Below are positions 13,144 through 27,985 of a DNA stretch of 64,000 bases, one piece after another. The notes under the pieces are model-generated. The model had not been told where the DNA came from. It worked only from the letters and a program-made list of their open reading frames with translations, and ran no database searches. Source of the DNA: Hormiphora californensis (lineage: Eukaryota; Animalia; Ctenophora); the NCBI GenBank assembly GCA_020137815.1, contig CM035360.1, positions 1,922,001 through 1,986,000 of the forward strand, given 5' to 3'. Numbering within the stretch: position 1 is the stretch's first letter; every line of letters begins with the position of its first letter. A program made the position numbers and the translations under genes.

Positions 13144-14302
13144 GGCCAAAAACACTAACTAAATCCAATTTAAAAGATCCGCGCCCTACAACGCATGATG
13201 GACACATGTATAGAGAGAGAGAGCTCTCAGCATTGTTCCGCATCGCTGATTCCTGTCCTTCTCAGAGGGAAAGAACAAAAAGAGAGAGAGATAGAATGGA
13301 GAGCTATAGTTTGACAGCTCCAAAAATGAGGGGGCTACAGCTATGAGGAGGGCTAGACCAGCTAGTTGCTATGGTAACGTTGTTAGACCATGGCAAGTAA
13401 CTATGGTAACATTGTTAGACCTAAGATAAGTGCACACGTGCAGCACCAGATGGGGTCAGAAGATATCTGACAAGCTATCTTTCTAACTTCTTCACCTGTA
13501 AACAGTGAGAGGGTATCTCTTTTCTGTTCTAAGTGCTCAGATCTAATCAGTGTCAAAACTTATCATTGTCAAACATTTCATTGGTTCGACAGTAACAATT
13601 GGGATTTCAGAACCTGCAAAACTCTGAACCAGCTACCGGTTCCGATTTTCCAAGATTGGGTTTCAAGACAGTTCTGATACATATTTCAAATTGTAACTCG
13701 AGAAACTAGAACGAACTGTAACCACGTGTTATATTTAATCCATGTCAATCAAGTTATTGTACTAATCTAAGTGGAACGGTTACAGGGTTAATATAACGTA
13801 CTGTGGTGACTTTTCGCACAAGAAAAGTTACAACGCGAAACACAGGATCTTTGTTCCACCAATGAGAACGGTTAAAGGTCACGTGATTTGAGGTCACGTG
13901 ATCGCCCCTTTAAACACCTGCACCATCGCGTGAGAGAGAGAGAGAGAAAGAGACAGAGTGAGAAAGAGAGGACCTTGCTCCTTCTTTTCACAGAGACTTA
14001 GAAGAAGGAATATCCTACTTTTTACTACTAACGCAGTCTAAAATTTTGCCACCAGTGTCCTTTACTAAGGAAGCAACAGCTGGGGTGTCTCCCAGAGGTT
14101 GGGTACTTGAGGAGAGGGGAGCACTAATCGAGCTTATAACTACCCCCGAGCTATCTTTATCCATATCTCTCCTTCTCTCTCCTTCTCTCACTCTTTCTTT
14201 CTTTCTCTCTCTCTCTCACTCTTTTTCTCTCATTCATGATCTGACACCGAAGCTAACTGGGGTCAAGATGACACCATTAAAAAACGGAGGATAAAGCTGC
14301 GA

Positions 14303-14375
<73 letters not shown>

Positions 14376-14413
14376 GATAGGAGAGGAGAGAGAGGAGAGA
14401 GAGAGAGAGAGAG

Positions 14414-14478
<65 letters not shown>

Positions 14479-15390
14479 TACATTTGATACTACTATGTAG
14501 ATAGAAGGTGCAACGCAAAAAATAGCCCCGGTTCCGGATCAGACAGAACACGCACCCCTCACGTATCCCACAGCATTGTTGGAGGATCGATAAGGGAGAT
14601 AGGGAAAAAGGGAAACTGTATCAAAAGTTAAACGTTTTTGGAATACCCTACGCATCCTTGAATACCCTACGCATCCTTGAAATGTTCGTGCGTAGCGTGA
14701 ACAATGCAGTGTCAGGCGAATCAAAAGATCCCACAGAATTCTTTATAATATCGACAAGTGAGAGGATCGACAAGTAAAGTAAAAGACAGGGAAGAAGGGG
14801 AACTATAAAACTTATCACAAATTTCTTTGGAATGTCGAGCGATAAGCTTGAGTAGTAGTAGGTATGCAGTTGAATCAAAATCAGGCATTCCTTGATTGAG
14901 AATTGTAACGTTGTCTGCAACAAATGACTTATGAAATAAAGCTCTAAATTTAATAGTGGAATTTTCTCACAAAAATTTCTACACAGATAAGAATTTCGAA
15001 AACAACAAAAAAATGCAGGTCCTGGGAATTCCATTCCTGACTGCGTGGCATGTGAGACCATGTTCACCATCACTTGGTTTGGGGTGGGAGTGGGAAGAAA
15101 ATATATTCTGGAAACTATTACGAAAACGCCCTTATATTTACTTGAACACAAAGACAACTACCCTATACTATAATACCATGCTACTAAAACCCACACTACT
15201 AAACCCCCACACGTGACTGTTTCACTGTTTCACTACACATGGGAAGGAGTCAGAACTCAGATCCAGTACCATGGATCTCGTGTGGATCTATAGTCACATG
15301 GATCTCCTGGTGATATAAAACAATTTGTTTGGGAAACAAAAAGTATATCATCTTTGGTTGTGATAGAGAGAAAGAGAGCAAGGATACTTT

Positions 15391-15473
<83 letters not shown>

Positions 15474-18017
15474 AACAAAAAGCCCCCCCCCCCCCAACCA
15501 CCACACCTAAACTAAGATACATATCCCCTCTCCGTTCTTTATTCTTTGAGTCCCCCTCTCCCCCTGGCCTCATGCGATTGATCGGAGGATACGTACACAC
15601 ACATAACAGAAAAAGGGGAAAAGAGAAAAAGGGGGTATATTGGAATGAAAAGAGCTTTAGCATATGTTATTGGTATGTTTTTACGAGCTATTATATGGAG
15701 ATCACGTGATCTAAATGCAGTGCTCCTATTGGTCGAGCTGGACAAATCCTCTTCTCTTATTGGCTGAATTTAGCCCTACACAATTCTTCCAGAGCGTCTG
15801 GAGGGTCCTGCTTTAAAACGAATAATCCCCATTGTGTGTTTTCTCAGCTCACGTCTGACTAATAATTCGGAGAAAGAGCTATGACAGCTGACTACTGCAG
15901 TGGGACTGCAAGGATTCGGATAGCTCCAAAAAATTTCTAGAATTTTCAATGAATCCTAGTTTAAAATATATGTGCATTGATTTCTGGAGCTCCGAGAATT
16001 AAACAAGGTTTAAATGGATCGTTCAAATAGGCGATAACTGATTTTTTTACACGGTCATTCGTCCTAGTGTACCAAGCACCAAAAGCACTCCAGATTTCTA
16101 ATCTCAACCCTAAAATCCAGGCCCCGGCCGTGCAAAGGGAGAATTGGAATATCTATTGAAACTGAAAGGAGTGTGATAACCGATCTCCCTAAAAATCATA
16201 CTTTTAAATAGAATTTTAGTCACTGATTCCCCCACCCTTCATAAATCTCTCACCTCTCTCCCCTCATTCTCTCTGTATCTCTAGAACTTCACCTCCCCGG
16301 TAGCGACACGAAAAATTAAAACAAGAATGACTGATAGGGAGACTCGTGAGATCAAAACTTTTGACACAGCAGTCGTTGATAAAAATATATTCGGCGTCGA
16401 AAGATGCATTCATGCGGATCGCGACAGATCCCTATCTCTCTCTCTCACCCTCTCACTCTCCCATACCCTCTCTCTCTCCGGTTTGAAGGACATGAAAAAG
16501 TGTGAACATGATTGAATAATGAACAGTACTAGGATGATTTAGCAAGGGGCCGTTACCAAGGGACGCCTCCCCCGACTGATTCACGCGAGTATGACTTATA
16601 CTCTGTCTACTACTCTGTAACATCAATCTTCTAAAACAATATATATAGAGACGGGGGGAGTTTATATTGCAAAAAGTTACAGAGATGATCACAAAATTTG
16701 GGAGATTTTATGAACTTATATTTAGTTTTCGAGAAACCGTTCATTTTACTATCACGTTAAATGGTTTACAACATATTTCCCAACAGCTCCCACGAAGTGT
16801 TGTTGGGAACGTGTATATAGTGTGTTAGATATATAATAGGCACAGCGGACACGTTTAATCAAGGTACTATCCTGTCGGGTTAGATTTGCTCTATTACCCA
16901 GAGGATGTCACGTGACACCTGCTAGACCAATCAGGATCGAGAGAGCGGGGCTGACAACCAATGGGAATGGATCTTCTCACTCAAAAAGAGGGTGTTTCTA
17001 TTTCCCACATTTAGAAAGAGCAATACGGCAGATCTTTCCAACAGCCTTGTTAGCAATAAATTAGTGGGACACCCTGTAAATTAGGATGACGAGATGAGAA
17101 AAGGAGGATAAACTGATCAGATGGGAAATTGGGGAGGGGGGACTGTCACGTCGATGCTCTGGCCGCGGTTCTCAAAATAGGGTTTAGGCCAATGCTATGA
17201 CAGGGGGTGATTAGAAAGAGAGGATGTCTGAGATCATTTCATACTACTACTCGTTTATAAAACTCAACGTTTATAAAATCCAACGAATAAAACTCACATA
17301 GCTTCGCGGCTTCTATTAATCTATCATCAAATCTATCATAACCGTTTATTGCAAACCTCGTACAAGCTAATCCTGTCAAACTACTATTAATACATGATTT
17401 CTAGAATATCGTTTGACGTACACATGAAGGCAGAGTAAAGGGGGAAATGAATACCGAAAGGGACGTGAGATATATCAGAATGAATGGATTCAAGTATTAA
17501 ACGGGGGGAAACTGAAGATAATTTGCCACTTAAAAGTTTTCGGGTAGTACGTTTTGAGCTGTTAACCAATTATCGGCTAATTGTCAAACCCCCCTGGGGG
17601 AGCGGTGTAATTACACCTCAATATTCGATCAGAGCTTAGAGCGGCAAAATCGCATGTATTTCACAACACGGTGTTTAAACAGGTAGCATTAGCAAACTAC
17701 TATATAAACAGTTATCAAGCCTATAACTATTTATTGGAATGGTTTAACCTACTAGGATGATGAGTTTTTCTTGTCTACACAATATATTGAGGGGGCGGTC
17801 CGGGGATTTCTCTCTTGACTGATCAGTAGTATAAAGGTTAGAATACTCAGCCCTCAACACACGTATAGAGTTGAGAGTGAGATGATCAGGTGTTTGGGGA
17901 AAAAGGGGGAATGGGCATCGTATATTAGTTGAGGGGGCATGTCGTCTAGTCGTGAGAAAGAGTGAGAGAGAGAGAGAGAGAGAGAGAAAGTGAGAGAGAG
18001 AGAGAGAGTGGAAGTGA

Positions 18018-18069
<52 letters not shown>

Positions 18070-20791
18070 AAAGCAAAAGACTGTAAAAAGGGAGGTCTAT
18101 AATAATCGGCAACTCACTGACTCACTGTTCACTCTATACAAATACTGAGTGGGTGCTTGAGTCGCTTGACACTGTGAACAATTCAACGTGGGTGCACAGT
18201 ATCCCACTTTGCCCGCCAAGTATCCCACAAGCCCCTTTATCTGAAGTATCCCACGATACTAGCGCTGTAAGTACACACTATAATCAAATAGTAAATCGGA
18301 TAGATATTGGGACGGTACAGTCGGTACCAAGTATCATAAACATAACGTACCAGCCCACCTGTAAATCGGAAAGATATATGTCGGCCGGCGTCTCACTTGG
18401 TTTACTGCAAACCGTATCATTATTGTACTAAACTTTGAGGTTTTTTTTTTCTTGAAGTTAAAAAAATGATGAACTATCCGATTTTTATCCATCCATCTGC
18501 CTACAACACCTATGCTGAATATTTGAGCAGCCCAGACCATCGTTGATATGGAGTGATTGGTGCTTGAGAAAGTACGTGTGCCCTGAACAGCTACCTAACT
18601 ATATACCTAGATTAGCTAATTGCAGTTCTGTACTACTACTATACAGTAGTACCTAGAAAGTATAGTAGAAAGAACCCTCTCTTTTGTTTACCATTGAACG
18701 TGTTTCTAGAGAAGATGATCACGATGGTGGTGGTTCTCAAAATTTGTCAAAATGCTGATTAAACCACACTGTATGCTTTTAGCTCTCTAATTTTCTTGTC
18801 ATTCGAACCCCGCACGTGTTGTGTTCTAGCTGAAGACAATAGCTGGGGGACCCGAGAAAAGAGAAAATCAAATGAGTGAGCTGGGAGAGAGAGATGAGGA
18901 GAGGGAGGGAGTAGGAGGGAAAGGTGAGGAGTAAAAGGAAGAGAGAGAGAGGGGAGAGAGAGAGAGGGGGAGGGAGAAGGAGGAGAGGAGAGAGAGAAGA
19001 GAGAGAGGAGAGAGAGGAGAGGTAGAGAGAGAGAGAGAGAGAGCAGAGAGAGGAGGAGAGAGAGCCATACTCAATCAATCAATATGATTGGAAGAAACAC
19101 AAGTGATTATTATTAGCACGTCTACAAAGAAGATCTGCAAAGAATCGAAAAGCATCCAATATGGTTCGTCTAAATGGCTACTCGCGTCCCACCAGCACTG
19201 AGCTGTCTCTCTCCGCATGCTTTTGGTCACGTGGGTATATGACCAATAGAAAACTAGAGAGAGGAAGCATCACCATTTATCTCCTTTATCTCACTATCCC
19301 TCTCTATCCCTCTATCTCTCACTATCTCTCTATCCCTCTCAATATCCCTCTATCTCTCTCTATCTCTCTCTATTTAGCGAAGAAGAAGCCTCAGGTGAAA
19401 ACAAAAGCACGTCCTCCCATTATCGATTTCATTGAATTTAAACATGGGCTATTTATCACACAGTGATGCAGGTGCCCTATCTGTGCCGACTATGGCAGGA
19501 CTATCACCCCCTCGTGGCAAATCTTACCGTTTCCTGCCCTGGGGACACGTGGCGCCGGAGTTCTAAAATTTGACTATTGATAAAGCCCCGGCCACTAGAT
19601 TATATTGTATCATGGAGGGAGAGAGAGAAATCAGAGAGGTGCTATATAGCTTTACCGAGCAGATTTCTCTCTCTCTCTCCCTAGTTATTTGTATGTATCT
19701 CACTTTGATTTCTTGAACTCCGAATAGAGCAGGGTAATCTCCATAATGGGGGACAATGAGAAATGACCAGCTTCTTCACCAATTGAGAGAAAACGGAGAG
19801 AGAAAACGGAGAGAAAACGGAGAGAAAACAGGGAGAGAGAAAACAGGGAAGAGAGAGAGAAAGGGTGATAAAAGTGAGAGCAATGAGATGCCGCTGTCAA
19901 TAAACTCGTGGCTGTCAATAACGGAGAGGAATGATTGAGATTTAGATCACGATCGGTGGAGTTTAGAAAAATGTTGAATTTTCATTGACACAAACCACAA
20001 GGTGCGGTGATTTATAAATCGGGAAAGAGAGATGAGATGAAGAGAGAGAGATTAGAGAGAGCGAGAGAGGAAGAGAAGAGAGAGAGGAGAGACGAGAGAG
20101 AGAAGAAACAGATGAAACACTTTTAAATGGAATCGGAAAGAAGAGTCCTTGCTCTAACACTCTCTTTTTCTCTCCCTCTCTCTCTCTCTCCATCTTTTCC
20201 GGTAAAAGGTTTTGGTATATCATGTGTGATCTACTACGGAAACAGAGAGCTTATTGTTTGAGAACTATTACCGGACAGTCAGAACCAGTTGGACGAAATC
20301 AGAGCAACCAACCTTAGTAGAAAACCATAAAGGGTCGAAATTGAAAACATTGGAAAGGGTCGAACAATTCCAGGACAGCGAGGAAATTTCAGGAATCGTT
20401 TTAGCAACGCCTTCTTAGAAATTGAAAACATCAAAAAGCTAGTCAAATCATGCCAGAAAAAGGGGCATCTTTGATCTAGAACATGTAGAAGAGCAGAACC
20501 AAATGTGGTAGATATATATTCTAACTTTCAAAAGAAGCTACGAAACAAAGTAGTTTAGAGATGTGAACTCAACTACATAGTGAACTCAACTAAGTACACA
20601 GAGATGTGAAGTCTCTAAAATTACCCTTTGCAAAGATATTTTTGGGACAAAGTTCATGTCCAGACTCTAATCATAGTGGGTCGACAATTCCTCCCCTTAG
20701 ATGTGCTCTTGTTGGCCCCCGCCATCGATTCACAGTTAGGTGAAAAGTTCCTTTCAAAAGGCAAAGCTGGCTGGGACAGAGATACAGAAAA

Positions 20792-20933
<142 letters not shown>

Positions 20934-21071
20934 CAGATTTAAAGAATATGCACACACGACATATAATTACAAGTTGCCAAAAACAAAGACTCTTCAGTAG
21001 CTTTCAGTCTCGGCAAACTGGGCTAATGAGGGCAAAAATGAGAGCAAAAGATCAGAAGATAGGAGAGAGAT

Positions 21072-21102
<31 letters not shown>

Positions 21103-22830
21103 CCCGAGAGAGATAAAAACTATGGCAGAAAGACTTAAGAGGATCCGGAGCCGCATCACACCTAGTGCAGTACAGACAATGCCACATGCCTGTTCCTTCA
21201 TTGTAAGAGCAGCAAAACTAAAATTGTAAAGGACCGCAGATGTTTCTCTAGGTGACTCATCTCCTTCTTTCGTTTTCTCTCTCTCTATGACTATCTCTCA
21301 CCCCTTTTTACTTCACTTAAACATACAAAATTTCGCACCTTGAAAAAAGCTTGGCCACCCCCGCGGTAGCGTGGATCCTACTTCTCCTGGGTCACGTGAC
21401 CCATGCAGCTGATCCCTCGTGATACAAAGATACAAAAAGAGAGTCAACTGCCCCCTCCTCAAGGAAAAGTGGGAGAAAGGGAGGGAAAAGATAAAGATCA
21501 ATGGAAAATAGTAGTTTGGGGCAACATGGTGCAGTAGTTTATAGAGATAAAAGGGAAACCTGGTCAAAGGGAATTCCCGATAAAAATAAAATGCTTTTGA
21601 GAGGATGGGAAATATAATCCTTGGTGTCCTCCTCCCTATCTAGAAACTATAAGTATAAAGATCCTAACTTTCGTGGAAACTGTGCGACAAGTATGACGAT
21701 CGGTTCCGAAACCTTTCTTGAGAATATTGAAGGGGCTCTCTCTGGCTCTCTCTCTAAAGAACAAAAAGCATAAAAAGTGTGATTAGAGCAGATTGGGGGG
21801 TACAACAACAGGTGGTAGAAGGGGCGAAAATCAAAAACAAGTTGCTACAAAGATCATATAAAAAGAGGCCAATGATCCCTGTTCCAAAATTATTTACAGA
21901 TTTTTTATCGATGCCGGCATTGTACAATACAAAAATTAGTAATACTCTTTCGACACTTTTCAATGACATTCAATTGTTCAAAAAAAATAAACCCCAAATT
22001 TCAAAACAAGAGCATCAGAGCATCAACTGATTTAATCGCCCATTGTAGTCAAATTGTAAATTAAACATAATCAATAATCAACGGAAATTCATTACGGAAA
22101 GCATGATCAATTATAAAAGTAGACAACTGTAGTTACTGTTAGTGTTAGGATCACATGAAAAACAAGGGGGGCCCTAATCGTTACCAGGCTGGGAAATGTG
22201 ATTTGCTCGCACAAATAACAAGCGTTAAAGGGAAAAGAGAGAGAAAGAGTGAGAGATACATGCAGGGAGAAGGAGAGAGAGAGAGAGAGAGAGAGAGTTA
22301 GAGAGAGTTAGAGGGTTAAAAATAGAGTCCCCGGTTCTTAAAACAGTTCTCTTTAAATGATCCACATAGAACGCATAATAATTAGCCGGGTCATGACGTC
22401 ATGTGGTTTGTGAAGGCTCCACTGGAGCGAGCGTCATGTGGTTTGTGACTAGGCTCCACTAGAGGTCAGGCGTCATGTGGTTTGTGAGGAGCGAGTACCA
22501 TTGAAGAGCATCGGCCCTATTCTCATTTCTCAGAGCATTGGCATGACAGAGGTTTCTAGGGGCGAGTTAGTGGCAGCCGGTCTACCAATTGCACTTTTGC
22601 TGGCTTGCTTGAGGGTAAACCCGGGAAGGTCCCGGACAAGCCCTGTCAGGCCAATATGCTCTGACTGAACAAGCCCTAACTTGATGACTCAAAAGACAAC
22701 CCCTAACTTGATTAAGAGCAAGAACAGAATTTACTTCTTAGTTAAAACTAAAAGCACCAATAGTTATATGTCAACTGCACGGTACCGTCTCAAAAAGCGG
22801 ACTGGCGTTCGCTATCCGACGAGACGGGGC

Positions 22831-22939
<109 letters not shown>

Positions 22940-23109
22940 GGAGAGAGATAGAGAGATAGAGAGAGAGAGAAAAGGTAGGAAAAGTAATATTGAAGGTAGA
23001 AGCATTTAAGTCCCCCACGGCACGGGAGAAGTACTCGATGTGTCATAGAGAAATTTATAGACTCCCAATTTAATTCCTCCCTCCCGTCATAAAATATAAA
23101 TCTCCTTAC

Positions 23110-23284
23110 CTTGTCTAATCAGAGTAAAACTCTTGTCAACCTGGCTGATATAGTACTCTTCCAAGAAAACGTCTCTTCGTCTGGTAGCAGGAGCGGAGGG
23201 AGTAAGGTACTGGAGGCAGGAGGAGCTGCGAGAGAGGGAGTTCTCTGATATCATGTCACCATGGAAATATGTCGTACACATCAT
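23110..23284 (-). CDS. Isolated putative first coding exon (MMCTTYFHGDMISENSL...), downstream partner unresolved
   Basis: TTTTTTAG|CTATG acceptor-ATG, open frame, strong donor CAAG|GTAAGG. Confidence 0.45.
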
Positions 23285-23552
23285 AGCTAAAAAATGTTGT
23301 TTAGGGGTGTTTTAGTTTTAGGAATTGAAATTAAATCGTGTATGATGTTAAAGTGAGGGACGTGCTATTTGGTATTTTAAATTCCGAGTTAGGCACATGC
23401 CCAATTTTCCGAAATAACCTAAAAATAGAAACAGCCAATATAACAAGATCAGAAATTCCAAAATCAAATAAGAATTTGTACAAGGCTGAAGGCACATACA
23501 GTCAAGCCTCGGTTTATCAGACTCCTCGAAGAGTTCAAAGGATAGAACACGA

Positions 23553-23620
23553 CTGTCTGGCGGCGCCAGACCCCAATTTGATTCTCAAATGATGCTCAGA
23601 TGGGTCGCGGCGCCAGACAG
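23553..23620. mobile_element. Short MITE, CTGTCTGGCG-TIR family, 8-bp TSD
   Basis: CTGTCTGGCGGCGC...GCGGCGCCAGACAG flanked by GAACACGA on both sides. Confidence 0.85.
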
Positions 23621-23859
23621 GAACACGACAGGGGGGATCTGTATCGGGGTGTACTGATTCGGGGGAATCGAGGATTGACTGTACTAATAACTGCCGTTGC
23701 AATACAGCTACATGTGTTAATATATATCGAGCTGTTAACCCGCAACAACTTCAAAAAAATAATATCACCCGACAATATAATAATTATTAAGTTCCATCAC
23801 TGACCCACACACCCAACCGGTTCATGGTCCTTGTCTCTAGCTAGTCAACAGGATGTTTC

Positions 23860-26150
23860 TCATTTCCTTCTCTTCTGCTTTATAGTCTTGCCAGCGCCCT
23901 TGAACGCTTCAAAGCCAGCCTCACTGTCTACTGTAGCTCCAGTAACAGGCATGACCCTGGAAAAGATGATCTTGCCGATCTTGAAATCTACATCGGGTCC
24001 CTTGACTATAACGTTCCCCCGTGGTTGTTCCCCCGTCAAGTGCTTCTTCTTTTTAGAGCCGAGCATGTTACCCTTTCCTGGGAGGAGAGAGAAAGATGTT
24101 ACCCTTTCCTGAGAGGAGAGAGAAAGATGTTACCCTTTCCTGAGAGGAGAGAGAAAGATGTTACCCTTTCCTGGAAGAGGAGAGAGAAAAATGTTACCCT
24201 TTCCTGAGAGGAGAGAGAAAGATGTTACCCTTTCCTGAGAGGAGAGAGAAAGATGTTACCCTTTCCTGAGAGGAGAGAGAAAGATGTTACCCTTTCCTGA
24301 GAGGAGAGAGAAAGATGTTACCCTTTCCTGAGAGGAGAGAGAAAGATGTTACCCTTTCCTGAGAGGAGAGAGAAAGATGTTACCCTTTCCTGAGAGGAGA
24401 GAGAAAGATGTTACCCTTTCCTGGAAGAGAGGAGTGGTGTGAGATATGAAAGAGTGAGGAGGGAGGGGGATGTGCGAGAAAGATGTTACCATTTCCTGAG
24501 AGGTGAGAGAAAGATGTTACCCTTTCCTGGAAGATAGTGGTGTGAGATATGAGAGAGGCGAGGAGGGATGCAGGTGCCAGGTGTCAGGAAGGGGGAAGAT
24601 GTGATTGTGTGATGTGGGTGTGAGTGGGTGTGATGAGGAAGAGCAGGGAGGGTGAGGGTGGGGAAGGGAAGAGTAAGGGTGAGTGAAAGACGTGATGATC
24701 TGTGTGACGAGATCAATGCCCTGCATTACCTTTAAATGCAGTGAATGCCTCCTCGTCCACAATCATGGGAGCCTCCTCCATGGCTTCTTCAGGGGGTGGT
24801 TGTCTCTCAGGGGGAACGTAGCCCACAGGGGGCGCAAAGTCCACATTCAAATCACACTCAATGATGGAAATAGCCTGGATAATGGAAGGGGGTTGGAAAG
24901 ATATAGTCTGGATAATTTGGGATCATGTGAGGGCCAGGACCCAGTGGATTACTCATCTGGCTGTCTGTTTAGCCTTTCCCGCCTTTCCAATAACATGCTA
25001 TCAGAGTCATGTTGTCTGTCTGTATACCCCCCAGTTTTGTTCAACTCACATCTGTTGGTTGGCACTCCAATACACAAAGCTCATACTCGTGGTTATTATA
25101 ACTTAGGCTGATGGTATCACCCTTTGTTAGACAAGCAAAGTTCCTCAATACACACTCCAATACCGCCTGAAAAGATTATACGTCAAATAAGTATCTCTAA
25201 TTTCATGCTAAACATGCTAACCCTTTAACCCTTCGACTAAAATTAAAGAAAAATTTCGAATAAAAAGGAGAAAACCAACAGACACCTTGATAACTAAAAG
25301 GTAGAGGTAACTGGTAACTCCGCTACCAATATCTACTGCTTTTTTATGTTCTAACCCTTCTTTACCTTGGGGTTGCTGATCTCAATAAAATCTGTAGATT
25401 GAGGTTGGAACTTGACAAGTGTCCCCTTTTGGAGGTTACCCGTCTTTACTGTTACCCTTTGGCCCTCCTGTAGGGGGACGAGGTGTGATTGTTACCATGG
25501 TTACCATATTAAAACACCATTACCATGGTTACCATGTTAAAACACCATTACCATGGTTGCCATGGTTGCCACCGTTACCTGTAAACAGAGGTTCCGGAAC
25601 ATCCAGTACGGAATGTAGATTCTCCCCTCCTCTGCTACAAACTCTAACACGCCACAATGTGTCGTCCTATTGGCCACCTAAAAAAGATAGAAAGATAATA
25701 GATAAACGGAATCCCCAAAAATTAAAAATTAGTGGAACTAAACTCCAAAAAGAATATTACCGGATTGTGTATTGAGAACAATAGAGGATAGGGAATGTTT
25801 AATCTCGTCACAGAGTCCAATGCTGAGGGTGGCATTATAATCTTTCCTCCCGTGTTCACATCCGACCGGTTATCAGCTGAAAATGGTTTTTAATTGGTCA
25901 AATGAAGTTGGAAATCGTACCAAAATCTCGTATCAGACGTATCGGTAAGCATGAGTATGGGATATCTAGCGCCGTAGTCCAGTGATAAAAGAACATGTGA
26001 GAGAAACTATATCACAAAGTGAACTCTGTCAGATCAATATTGGCCTGAATATGACAATGTGTACTCACTAGCCATGAAGGATACAGGATAACACTTGTAG
26101 TCGTGTTCAAAGGGCATCTCACCAAGATTGTTGAAGAGTTGGTGAAACAT
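23860..26150 (-). CDS. UFD1: Ubiquitin recognition factor in ER-associated degradation 1 (UFD1), 7 exons
   Basis: Spliced translation contains [99 protein letters not shown] and [11 protein letters not shown], all hallmark UFD1 motifs. Confidence 0.95.
24065..24532 (-). repeat. 31-bp minisatellite (~14 copies) made of the UFD1 last-intron acceptor junction
   Basis: Minus-strand unit CTTTCTCTCTCCTCTCAG|GAAAGGGTAACAT; the last copy is the real acceptor (24079-24078) plus the first 13 nt of the exon. Confidence 0.95.
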
Positions 26151-26220
26151 GTTGCACTAGCTGGGATATAGTGTGTAAACAGTTATCAGGAAAAAACTTA
26201 TAACCAGAATAAATTAGATA

Positions 26221-27142
26221 TTAGAGCGTTTCAGAAATAACTTCGTGTCCCGATATCTCCAAAAGTATAAAAGATATCTACACGAAACCTTTTCTAGCAT
26301 GTTATTTGACCTCTTGACTACACACAACAATGGTCACTTTGAAAAATTTAATCAAGGTTGGCTCTAGGCGAACCCGGAAATGTACCTTACTCAAAATGCC
26401 GCTGCACGGGAAAAACGCGCATAGTACTGAAACTGCTGTACTTCTCAAAAATTGGTTCTAAGGGATATTTTATTGCATTATACTTGTTTATTAGACGATT
26501 TTCTTTCGTTTAAGATGTAATAGAAGGTCCTAGCTTCATTCGTTACTGAGCAATAGGCCTTTGAAAATCTTTGGCAATATTTTGAAATTTTCACTTCCGG
26601 GTCTCTTCACGTTTTATATGACTGACGTATAACCGATATCTTGGCAGCAAAAGATAGCTCTAAGTAAGCTTTAAGCCATTGTGAAGTCAATTATTCGCTT
26701 CACCGGCTTATTCAAGTCAAAAATTGACGTTTTCGAACATACCCCTACAACAAGCAAAAAATTGAGGTCAAATTTTGCCATTTTTCGTTTTTTCATGATA
26801 CATCTACTGTTCTAAATGTTTTTAGTCAACGCGTCGAGACCCAAATCACATATATATCTCATCCTTAGACGATTTGCTATCGATTGAGCACTACGGGAAG
26901 TCAAAAATCTTTACCAGCTTTCTTTCAGTGGCGTTTAGAAAAAGTTGGTAACCCCGTGCAGCGGCAGCACGGCTTATGGTGTCAACGAACCAAATTTCGA
27001 GTACTTAAGGTTGTCATATATAATTCAGAACATGTTTCTAGGAAGAGAATCGTCCAATGAACAGAATAAAACTAGGTAGAAGTCTCTATCTCTTATAGAT
27101 CCCGAAATATCGCGACACGAAGTTATTTCTGAAACGCTCTAA
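26221..27142. mobile_element. ~920-bp non-autonomous DNA transposon, TA-flanked
   Basis: Perfect TIRs TTAGAGCGTTTCAGAAATAACTTCGTGTC / GACACGAAGTTATTTCTGAAACGCTCTAA; related to 8714-9640, with a partial third end near 27580. Confidence 0.85.
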
Positions 27143-27217
27143 TATTATATAGACGACCAAAATACACGGGAAATTTAAAATTACATCTCTGGAGTTCATA
27201 GAACTATCACTCATTAA

Positions 27218-27443
27218 AGTACACCCCAAACTACTATGTCCCTCACTCGGGTTTTGTGAAATTTCCCACGTTCATAACTCCACTCCCTGATGAGATAGAG
27301 ACTTGAAATTTGTTTTGTACAAAGAACTCGATATGATCTCCCTACAAAACAAATTTTAAGTCTCTATCTTATCAGGGGGTGGAGCTATGGCCGTCTAAAA
27401 TCCGGTCGCGCGCAGCAAGGGACATAGTAGTTTGGGGGGACCT
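27218..27443. mobile_element. TTAA-flanked MITE (Kolobok-like ends) with an internal palindrome
   Basis: TTAA-AGTACACCCCAAACTACTATGTCCC ... GGGACATAGTAGTTTGGGGGGACCT-TTAA; internal inverted repeat GATAGAGACTTGAAATTTGTTTTGTA / TACAAAACAAATTTTAAGTCTCTATC. Confidence 0.75.
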
Positions 27444-27754
27444 TTAAATAACTCGATAATAATCGGTCATGGGCCATGGCTTTCACAATACACTTTAATT
27501 AATCTTCTGGGTCCTCTAATCTGTAATCATGGCTACGGCCCAAAAATATACACCGGAGTTGAGTACTGAAATGCAAATATTAGTGTCCCAGAAATAATGT
27601 CATTTACCGATATTTTGAAAAAGTAGACAAGTTAGAGAGTTCTAAACGGTTTTATCTCGCCAACTAGACGATTCTCACGAACGTGTCTAGAACATTGAAT
27701 GAACATTTATTGTTGACCCAGCCGGAAGGAGATACAGGGTGTTCATATCACGGG

Positions 27755-27985
27755 GGATTACGGGGGCTCGAATAGATCGCCCGTATAGATCGCCCGTACC
27801 AGTCGCCCGTACATTTGCTTTGCGCATTACGTTTCATCGCACTTTCACCACAAAAAGGTACATGCGCGTTACGCACATGTGTTTTGTTGTGGTGAAAGTG
27901 TGGTGAAACGTAATGCGCAAAGCAAATGTACGGGCGACTGGTACGGGCGATTGGTACGGGCGTCTCATCCGGGCCCCCGTAATCC
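27755..27985. mobile_element. Nearly fully palindromic MITE
   Basis: GGATTACGGGGGC..CGCCCGTACCAGTCGCCCGTACATTTGCTTTGCGCATTACG mirrored by CGTAATGCGCAAAGCAAATGTACGGGCGACTGGTACGGGCG..GCCCCCGTAATCC. Confidence 0.8.

Noticed and set aside
17375-17404. AAACTACTATTAATACATGATTT resembling my recollection of ctenophore spliced-leader exons
   Set aside because: Partial match from memory only; no following GT donor or Sm site recognised.
25141-25170. Apparent frameshift in a UFD1 exon
   Set aside because: On re-reading, the frame is intact ([13 protein letters not shown]).
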